From positions 1 through 64,000 of the IMG/VR virus record IMGVR_UViG_3300030099_004448: DNA of 64,000 nt, one strand, 5' to 3'. The notes beneath the pieces were generated by a model. That model ran no database searches. It was not told the origin of the DNA and saw only the letters and a list, made by a program, of their open reading frames with translations. Positions 1-6,301 of this stretch are shown piece after piece (within the stretch, counting starts at the first letter, position 1; the number at the start of each line of letters is the position of its first letter). Both the position numbers and the translations under genes were made by a program.

Positions 1-29
1 TGTGCTGAGGTCTTGTGATCTTAGCGCGC

Positions 30-58
30 ACGCTATCATAAACTCGCAAAAAAGTCAA
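30..58 (-). promoter_or_regulatory. Possible leftward sigma70-like promoter (TTGACT-N17-TAGCGT with extended -10 TG)
   Basis: Reverse complement of 58-53 is TTGACT, then a 17-nt spacer, then TAGCGT (TAnnnT) preceded by TGA. It points out of the window, so the target gene cannot be seen. Confidence 0.35.
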
Positions 59-118
59 GCACTCCCACGAAAAAAAGTCACGAGTCTCGCACATAATTAC
101 TCCGAGAATCTCCGAGAG

Positions 119-148
119 TTGCCATAGCGTACTCATACAATGTACAAT
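119..148 (+). promoter_or_regulatory. Possible sigma70-like early promoter (TTGCCA-N18-TACAAT)
   Basis: TTGCCA at 119-124 and TACAAT at 143-148, 18-nt spacer. Confidence 0.4.
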
Positions 149-246
149 GACTCTGTGGAGTTTCAATCAGTCCCCTTAAGTTGCTCAAATGCCTCAGAGT
201 CCTTATCTGCTTACCATGGATGAGTTCTAAAGTCAATAGCTCCGAA

Positions 247-301
247 CCAGTTTAATAACCTGCACAAGGTATCTGGAAAGACCCTCAGAATCGTGTATCT
301 T
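247..301 (+). promoter_or_regulatory. Cyanomyophage early-type promoter: two-block upstream motif, weak -35, TATCTT -10
   Basis: CCAGTT-taataa-CCTGCACA (247-266) ends 6 nt before a -35 position (273-278 CTGGAA) that lies 17 nt before TATCTT (296-301). From memory this matches the layout of early promoters of T4-like cyanophages. It precedes the ORF at 335. Confidence 0.45.
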
Positions 302-334
302 ATAAGAGTCAAAGGAACACCACTTCTCGACCTC

Positions 335-667
335 ATGCGTAAGATCGAACAACAGATGAATTCCGCAATTCAGAACAATGAGAATTGGACATCTGGAAAC
401 ACTGCGGTTTACTTTAACGAGGAAGATCAGGTGTCTATTGTACGTCTTCACGGTAACAAGATTGCGGAGATTGGTGACACTTTCATTCGTCTTTTTGACG
501 GTGGTTATCAGTCAAACACCACTAAATCTCGTCTCAATGCAATCCTCTCAGAACACGGAGAATGTGGTGACAAAGTGTTTGCAAAGAACTTCAATTGGTT
601 CGTGCAAATGAACACTGTCCAGGGTCTCACTGTTGTACCTTTCTTCTCCTCAATGCGTCTCGGTTAA
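335..667 (+). CDS. Conserved cyanophage hypothetical protein (110 aa)
   Basis: ATG at 335 (MRKIEQQM...) preferred over the track's GTG at 293, which overlaps the promoter. Motifs V.LHGN.IA and DGG..S.TTKSRLNA resemble a small cyanophage early protein family. Confidence 0.75.
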   Translation: MRKIEQQMNSAIQNNENWTSGNTAVYFNEEDQVSIVRLHGNKIAEIGDTFIRLFDGGYQSNTTKSRLNAILSEHGECGDKVFAKNFNWFVQMNTVQGLTVVPFFSSMRLG

Positions 668-703
668 TTCTCACAAACTCTCCGAACACTTCTCTACTTT
701 CTC

Positions 704-928
704 ATGACCATTTCTGAACTCGGATCTGCTACTAAACTCGACCTCTTGGTTGCAGACACTCAAGGACAAATTAAGTACACTGTGCTTAAACCTTCCAAGA
801 GAGGTGTGAAAGCACTGAGTGGAAAACGTGCGTGGTCCAATGCAGCTCCTAAGGGTTCATTTATGCACGGTTCAGTTGCAGGAACTCCTGGGGTCACTAA
901 TAACAACAAATGCAACCAAGTTATGTGA
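704..928 (+). CDS. Hypothetical protein (74 aa)
   Basis: Open frame between the previous gene and the 933 promoter, with normal codon style. No recognised motif. Confidence 0.6.
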   Translation: MTISELGSATKLDLLVADTQGQIKYTVLKPSKRGVKALSGKRAWSNAAPKGSFMHGSVAGTPGVTNNNKCNQVM

Positions 929-932
929 GAAG

Positions 933-961
933 TTGACAGAAACTCTCCGAGGGTTTATGAT
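933..961 (+). promoter_or_regulatory. Near-consensus sigma70 promoter (TTGACA-N17-TATGAT)
   Basis: TTGACA at 933-938, exactly 17 nt, TATGAT at 956-961. Confidence 0.75.
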
Positions 962-973
962 ACTCTCGGGGAG
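943..973. repeat. Inverted repeat enclosing the -10 box
   Basis: CTCTCCGAGGG-TTTATGATA-CTCTCGGGGAG forms an 11-bp stem including two G.U pairs. Confidence 0.7.
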
Positions 974-1081
974 CACAGTTTGAGCAGTTAATTCGCGTTC
1001 TTATGTGTTAGCGCGCGGGCGCGTAACCCCCGTTTTAAAAAACGCTAACTACCCTAACCTACAACGAACCCAAATCGCGAT

Positions 1082-1088
1082 CTAAATA
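1082..1088 (+). promoter_or_regulatory. T4-type late promoter (CTAAATA)
   Basis: Intergenic CTAAATA upstream of the small ORFs at 1174/1328. Confidence 0.5.
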
Positions 1089-1173
1089 TCACGAAGTAAA
1101 AAAAATTTTGCCCAGAAAAATTCCGAGTGCCAGGGTCCGCTCAAAAAATCTGTTGTCTATATAACATTTGAGG

Positions 1174-1341
1174 ATGATTGAAGAGTCTACGATGAAATTA
1201 GAACTCGACTTCTATGACAAGGAGGTCCTCGTCGATTGTATAGAATATCGTCTTCAGAACGACTTAGAGTTGATCACTAATGATTCACTCAGAGAAGAGA
1301 TTGAAGACTTACTTACAATTATCGAAGATGAACTTGTATAA
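1174..1341 (+). CDS. Small acidic hypothetical protein (55 aa; alternative start 1192 gives 49 aa); absent from ORF track
   Basis: Hand translation: MIEESTMKLELDFYDKEVLVDCIEYRLQNDLELITNDSLREEIEDLLTIIEDELV*. GAGG lies just upstream and the stop overlaps the next ORF. Confidence 0.65.
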   Translation: MIEESTMKLELDFYDKEVLVDCIEYRLQNDLELITNDSLREEIEDLLTIIEDELV

Positions 1342-1498
1342 AATCTTAGTTGACGGTCACGTAGTTGCTGAGAATGTAACGAAGTGTGATTTACAACATA
1401 AGATCGAGATGGTCAGAGCGGCGTGCAATCTTGAATACGATCTAAGATTTTCCAAGGTTACTCACGAACTGATAAATAACCCAGAAACCATTGCATGA
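1328..1498 (+). CDS. Small hypothetical protein (56 aa)
   Basis: ATG at 1328 (MNLYKILVDG...) overlaps the end of the preceding ORF. The track's 1280 start lies inside that ORF. Confidence 0.6.
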   Translation: MNLYKILVDGHVVAENVTKCDLQHKIEMVRAACNLEYDLRFSKVTHELINNPETIA

Positions 1499-1519
1499 AT
1501 TGATTTGTGGTGGTAGAAT
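1472..1519 (+). promoter_or_regulatory. Dual promoter region for the glycosyltransferase: late ATAAATA plus sigma70 TTGCAT-N17-TAGAAT
   Basis: ATAAATA 1472-1478; TTGCAT 1491-1496; TGG extended -10; TAGAAT 1514-1519. Confidence 0.6.
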
Positions 1520-1542
1520 AACAACATTGCAATTCTAAATTA

Positions 1543-2295
1543 ATGTCTAAAGGATTTACAATTAAAGCGAAAGCTCCTGCTGTCAAGAAAAAAGAAGATG
1601 AGTTTGATCTTCAAGCAGCCAAGGAGATGATCAAAGGTAAGAATATTGTATTCTGTCTACCTGGAAGAGGAGTTTCTTACATCTATTTGAAGAACTTCGT
1701 ATCACTGTGTTTTGATATTGTACAGAACGGTGGTAGCATTCAAATTTCTCAGGACTATTCGTCCATGGTTAACTTTGCACGTTGTAAGGTATTAGGTGCG
1801 AATGTTCTCCGTGGCCCGAAGCAGATTCCTTGGGATGGTAAACTGAAATATGATTATCAACTTTGGATTGACTCTGATATCGTTTTTAATACTGAGTCTT
1901 TCTATCGTCTAATTGCAATGGACAAAGATATTGCAGCAGGTTGGTATATGACTGAAGATGGGAACACTACTTCCGTTGCTCACTGGCTTGAAGAAGATGA
2001 CTTCAAGAACAACGGTGGTGTGATGAACCATGAAACTGGTGAGACCATGAGCAAACGTCGCAAACCCTTTACAGTTGACTACACTGGTTTTGGATGGGTT
2101 CTGATTAAGAACGGCGTCTTTGAGAACTTGGAGTATCCTTGGTTTGCTCCGAAGATGCAGGTGTTTGACTCTGGTGAAGTTCAAGACATGTGCGGCGAGG
2201 ACGTATCTTTCTGTCTTGATGCGAAGGAAGCGGGTTATGAGATCTGGTGTGATCCGAAGATCCGTGTGGGTCATGAGAAGACTCGTATTCTTTGA
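1543..2295 (+). CDS. GT-A fold (GT2-like) glycosyltransferase, conserved in cyanomyophages
   Basis: IVFCLPG N-terminal strand, N.ARC motif, DxD motif (WIDSDIVF), GFGWVLIK, GEDVSFC and IWCDPKIRVGHEK, all typical of GT-A enzymes. Confidence 0.75.
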   Translation: MSKGFTIKAKAPAVKKKEDEFDLQAAKEMIKGKNIVFCLPGRGVSYIYLKNFVSLCFDIVQNGGSIQISQDYSSMVNFARCKVLGANVLRGPKQIPWDGKLKYDYQLWIDSDIVFNTESFYRLIAMDKDIAAGWYMTEDGNTTSVAHWLEEDDFKNNGGVMNHETGETMSKRRKPFTVDYTGFGWVLIKNGVFENLEYPWFAPKMQVFDSGEVQDMCGEDVSFCLDAKEAGYEIWCDPKIRVGHEKTRIL

Positions 2296-2296
2296 T

Positions 2297-2327
2297 AAAA
2301 AATCGGCGCGTTTCGGCGCGTCAAAAA
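2297..2327. terminator. GC-rich UUCG hairpin flanked by A tracts (terminator for the - strand, or processing site)
   Basis: GGCGCGT-TTCG-GCGCGTC (2305-2322). The A6 at 2297-2302 gives a U tract only on the minus strand. Confidence 0.55.
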
Positions 2328-2367
2328 CCGCAAAAAAATCGCAAACGTATTCTAAGGTATTTTAATT

Positions 2368-2517
2368 ATGGCAGTTAAGTCGAAAGTGGGTCTCTCTGGT
2401 GCAAACTTTATGCCTGGGAAGCCGAAGAAAACTCGTCAAGGAACTTCCGCGAACACGAAACTTTCAGCATCTTCGCGTAACGGTAAAAAGAAAGCATATC
2501 GTGGTCAAGGTCGTTGA
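2368..2517 (+). CDS. Small highly basic protein (49 aa) ending KKAYRGQGR; absent from ORF track
   Basis: Hand translation: MAVKSKVGLSGANFMPGKPKKTRQGTSANTKLSASSRNGKKKAYRGQGR*. AAGG upstream and TGATG coupling to the next gene. Confidence 0.8.
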   Translation: MAVKSKVGLSGANFMPGKPKKTRQGTSANTKLSASSRNGKKKAYRGQGR

Positions 2518-3260
2518 TGCTTGATAAGAATGTTGCTAGAGCAGCACCTGGACCAATGGCAGACTTCATGTACCCTGGTCAAGTAATTGACGAAACGGGA
2601 CGTGAAGTCTTTGAGTCATTCACTGATAGAATTAAAGGCAAATACATTGCAGAAAAAGTTCTAGTAGAAAAACCAAGAACAAAGATTGCAATCTATGGTG
2701 ATAGTTTTGCAGCAGTTGGTGAAAATTCACAATCAAATAGAATGTTAGATTGTGAAGGTGGGTCTTGGATTTACTTCTTAGCAAATATTCTAGAAGTTGA
2801 GTGTCACTCTTACGCAGTATCATGTTCTGGTGAGGGTGACATTTCTCATTATGTTCATAACACCTTGGATAGAGATGAGTATGGTTATGTAATCATCTTT
2901 CATACTGATCCTACAAGACCATCTCGATATTGTGATGATGAACATTCTTTTAAGAACTGCAAAAGAATGATGGATGACTTGAAAGATTATAATGTCTTAC
3001 ACATATATTGGGATGAATGTCATCAGTTCTTTAATTATTCCGATGGTAAGAACAAAGAAACTTTTATCTCAACTTATCATCTTACGAATCCAAACAATCC
3101 ACCCGATTTTGTAAGTCCCTCTGATCCGTATGCAGAATATCCCCCAAATCCTTTAGATAATCGATATGGACTTCGTTGCAATGGATTCAATCATATGAGT
3201 GAAAGAGGAAACTTAAGACTTGCTATTGAGATTAGTAAAATTATCGATAAATACCTGTAA
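2517..3260 (+). CDS. SGNH/GDSL hydrolase-like protein
   Basis: IAIYGDSFA (block I nucleophile Ser), YAVSCSG (block II-like) and FNHMSERGNLRLA (block V His). ATG at 2517 overlaps the upstream stop. Confidence 0.65.
   Translation: MLDKNVARAAPGPMADFMYPGQVIDETGREVFESFTDRIKGKYIAEKVLVEKPRTKIAIYGDSFAAVGENSQSNRMLDCEGGSWIYFLANILEVECHSYAVSCSGEGDISHYVHNTLDRDEYGYVIIFHTDPTRPSRYCDDEHSFKNCKRMMDDLKDYNVLHIYWDECHQFFNYSDGKNKETFISTYHLTNPNNPPDFVSPSDPYAEYPPNPLDNRYGLRCNGFNHMSERGNLRLAIEISKIIDKYL
3247..3253 (+). promoter_or_regulatory. T4-type late promoter (ATAAATA)
   Basis: 27 nt upstream of the ATG at 3280. Confidence 0.55.
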
Positions 3261-3279
3261 CGTATTTTAAAGGTGTATC

Positions 3280-3423
3280 ATGGGAGCAAAAGGACCAAAT
3301 CCAGGAGATAATCCACCTGCAACTCCAGAAGGAACTTTGGATGCAAAGTATGATGTTGCACAAAATGCAAAAGCACGTTCTCAAACCAAGAAAAATACTG
3401 CATCACCTTTAGCAGCAGGATGA
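3280..3423 (+). CDS. Small hypothetical protein (47 aa); absent from ORF track
   Basis: Hand translation: MGAKGPNPGDNPPATPEGTLDAKYDVAQNAKARSQTKKNTASPLAAG*. AAGG upstream; it fills the gap between neighbours exactly. Confidence 0.65.
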   Translation: MGAKGPNPGDNPPATPEGTLDAKYDVAQNAKARSQTKKNTASPLAAG

Positions 3424-3427
3424 TCTA

Positions 3428-3952
3428 ATGACTGAACGTGAATCTTATGTCCATGAGTGGATTGAACAACTTTCTGTTCAACATAAAGAATTAGGTGGTT
3501 TTGCCATTTGCCCTTATGCATCTGGATCAGATACTCTAATTAAAGATATTGGTATTGATGATATTGTACCCGAACCTGGGTATGATGTCATCATTTTTAT
3601 TGTCGAAGATTTTTGGAAACCTGCAAAAGTCCGCAAATGGGTGAAAAGATATAACGAAGAGTATCCTCTTTATTGGTTTGTAGAAGATTTGTCATGCGAA
3701 AACACTTATATTAATGGAATCAAGACAAATAATTCAAAACTTAACATTATTTTGTGTCAATCAAAGAGAAAGATTGCACAAATGCGTAAAAAATTAGCAA
3801 AAACTGACTATTACAACTACTGGAATGAAGATTATTTGAATGAAGTTTTGGGTGATGACGTTAAATTGATTGAAAAAGTGAAGAATCCTTGTCCTTATCA
3901 AGCGAAAAAAGCGTTAATTGAGGAAGTATTGGATTACGAATCTTCCAAATAG
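3428..3952 (+). CDS. Conserved cyanophage hypothetical protein (174 aa)
   Basis: Full-length ORF with an LGGFAICPYA motif, in the usual position upstream of gp25. Confidence 0.75.
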   Translation: MTERESYVHEWIEQLSVQHKELGGFAICPYASGSDTLIKDIGIDDIVPEPGYDVIIFIVEDFWKPAKVRKWVKRYNEEYPLYWFVEDLSCENTYINGIKTNNSKLNIILCQSKRKIAQMRKKLAKTDYYNYWNEDYLNEVLGDDVKLIEKVKNPCPYQAKKALIEEVLDYESSK

Positions 3953-3988
3953 TCTTATACATATATTAAGACCTTTTGATAGCACTAA

Positions 3989-4429
3989 ATGGCCTTAGGA
4001 CTTAGGGACATAGACAACTCAGCCTTCAAGTATAGGAAAACATCTCGTCAATTTAAGGACATTAGTCTTTCATTTACGAGAAATCCTGTTACTGGTGACA
4101 TATTGCCTCTTAGAAATGAGGATGCTATCAAGAAATCTGTTATGAATCTAGTGAAAACTAGAATTGGTGAACGGTTTTTCAACAATTTGTTGGGTACTAG
4201 TCTCCAAGATACATTATTTGACCTTGGATCTCAAGCTCTTGCACTAAGTCTTGAATCAAGTATACAAACTTTACTTGAAAACTTTGAACCAAGAGTTGCA
4301 AAAATTGAAGTTGAGGTTAGATTTGAACCCGATGGTAATGATTTGTTTGTAAAAATTAATTATGATATCGTTGGATTACCAGTTCCAGCACAAGAAATAG
4401 AGTTTATCTTAGAACCCACTAGAATCTAA
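3989..4429 (+). CDS. gp25: Baseplate wedge subunit gp25
   Basis: FKDISLSF..NPVT.D, AIKKSV.NL..T..GERFFN..LGT and NFEPRV motifs; immediately upstream of gp6. Confidence 0.93.
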   Translation: MALGLRDIDNSAFKYRKTSRQFKDISLSFTRNPVTGDILPLRNEDAIKKSVMNLVKTRIGERFFNNLLGTSLQDTLFDLGSQALALSLESSIQTLLENFEPRVAKIEVEVRFEPDGNDLFVKINYDIVGLPVPAQEIEFILEPTRI

Positions 4430-6300
4430 TGTCCTTCAATCAGTTTACTAACTTAGATTTTAATGATCTAAGAACACAAATTAAAGATTATCTTAGATCC
4501 AGTAGCGATTTTAGTGATTTTGACTTTGAAGGATCTAATTTTTCGGTCTTAATTGACCTGTTAGCATATAATTCATACATCACTGCGTTCAATACGAACA
4601 TGACAGTGAATGAAGTGTTCCTTGATAGTGCAACATTGAGAGAAAATGTTGTTGCATTAGCTAGAAACATTGGTTATACACCCAGATCGGTTCGTGCAGC
4701 ACGTGCCAGAACCACTTTTAACATCATTTTGACCGATACAACTGATGTTAGAACGGTTACTCTTCAAGCCGGACAAGTTGCATTAGGTAATTTAATAAAC
4801 ACGAGTTATATTTACTCAATTCCTGAAGATTTTACGACTTTAGTTGATAGTCAGGGGGAAGCATCCTTTGATAACCTCGAAATTTATGAAGGAGTTTTTG
4901 TTACAAACACTTTTACAGTCGATTCTTCAATTCCAAATCAAAGATTTATCCTTCCAAACGCAAATATTGACACTACTACGGTTAGAGTCAAGGTAAAAAC
5001 AAATGTCACGGAACAATATGCTCTTTATGAAGACATTTTGAATGTTGATGGCAACTCAAGACTCTTTTTATTGGAAGAAGTTACTGATCAGAGGTATGAA
5101 GTTCGCTTTGGTGATGGAGTTTTAGGTAAAAAACCCTCTTCTGGGTCAATCGTTGAAGTTACTTACATTGTCAGTAATGGTAGGTCTGGAAATGGAGCTA
5201 AAAATTTCACTTTTTCTGGAATTTTAAAAGATAATAACGCAAATCCAATTACATCGGGTATTTCTCTACTGCAAACTATCAGTGAATCTCAAAATGGTGA
5301 TGATATTGAGAGTTTAGACTCTATTAAGTACCTGGCACCCCGTGTATACTCCTCACAGTTCCGTGCCGTGACCGCCAGTGACTATAAAGGACTCATTCCA
5401 TACATTTACACTAACGTTGATTCTGTGACCGCCTACGGGGGTGAGGAGTTAGATCCCCCAGAGTATGGAAAAGTGTTCATTTCTATCAAACCGAGAGGAG
5501 CAAATACTCTTTCTCAAATTACAAAGGAAGAAATTTCAAGATCTTTAAAGCAATACTCCATTGCAGGTATTAAACCCGAACTTATTGATCTTAAGTATTT
5601 GTTTGTTGAATTTGACACTACAATTTACTATAACAAGAACCAAACTTCAGATGTTTCTGAAATTAGAACAAAAGTACTTAATACTTTGACAAATTATTCA
5701 AAATCTAGCGATACAAATAATTTTGGCGGAAGAGTTAAGTATTCTAAGATTAATGCTTTGATTGATGCAACCGATACTGCGATTACATCAAATATTACGA
5801 AAGTAAAAATGCGTAGAGACATGTCTCCCGCATTCAATACTTTTGCAACGTATGAAGTTTGTTTTGGAAACAGAATTTATATCAAGAAAGATGGATATTC
5901 TATTAAATCTTCTGGATTTAAAATTTCTGGGGTAAATGACACTCTCTACATGGGTGACATTGCTGAAAGTGATAGTTCAGGAAGAGTATTTTTCTTCAAG
6001 TTGGTGAATAATATTCCATCAATTGTTAAAGTTAATGCAGGAACTATTGATTATATTAAAGGAGAAATCCTTTTGGACGTTGTAAATATAGAATCTACTG
6101 CGTTAAATAATAATGTTATCGAAGTTGAGGCAGTTCCAGACTCAAATGATATTATTGGACTGAAAGACCTATATCTTCAAATTGACGTTGGCAATTCTGT
6201 GGTAAATACAGTTGAGGATACTATTACCTCAGGCGAGAATACTGCTGCAACATTGTTTGTTCCTACATCTAGCTACCTAAACGGACAGTTCACAAGATAA
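4429..6300 (+). CDS. gp6: Baseplate wedge subunit gp6
   Basis: NLDFNDLRTQIKDYL, DFDFEGSNFSVLIDLLAYN, FLDSATLRENVV, RFGDGVLGK and RAVTASDY motifs. Confidence 0.95.
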   Translation: MSFNQFTNLDFNDLRTQIKDYLRSSSDFSDFDFEGSNFSVLIDLLAYNSYITAFNTNMTVNEVFLDSATLRENVVALARNIGYTPRSVRAARARTTFNIILTDTTDVRTVTLQAGQVALGNLINTSYIYSIPEDFTTLVDSQGEASFDNLEIYEGVFVTNTFTVDSSIPNQRFILPNANIDTTTVRVKVKTNVTEQYALYEDILNVDGNSRLFLLEEVTDQRYEVRFGDGVLGKKPSSGSIVEVTYIVSNGRSGNGAKNFTFSGILKDNNANPITSGISLLQTISESQNGDDIESLDSIKYLAPRVYSSQFRAVTASDYKGLIPYIYTNVDSVTAYGGEELDPPEYGKVFISIKPRGANTLSQITKEEISRSLKQYSIAGIKPELIDLKYLFVEFDTTIYYNKNQTSDVSEIRTKVLNTLTNYSKSSDTNNFGGRVKYSKINALIDATDTAITSNITKVKMRRDMSPAFNTFATYEVCFGNRIYIKKDGYSIKSSGFKISGVNDTLYMGDIAESDSSGRVFFFKLVNNIPSIVKVNAGTIDYIKGEILLDVVNIESTALNNNVIEVEAVPDSNDIIGLKDLYLQIDVGNSVVNTVEDTITSGENTAATLFVPTSSYLNGQFTR

Positions 6301-6301
6301 A

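Noticed and set aside
293-334. N-terminal extensions given by the ORF track (293, 1280, 2514, 30059, 55236)
   Set aside because: They overlap promoters or upstream genes. Downstream ATGs (335, 1328, 2517, 30089, 55251) fit RBS or translational coupling better.
233-451. 72-aa minus-strand ORF
   Set aside because: It overlaps the promoter and the conserved + strand gene at 335-667 and has no recognisable features.
1043-1062. Telomere-like CCCTAA/CTAAC words
   Set aside because: Only one true CCCTAA and no tandem array; treated as part of the non-coding element instead.
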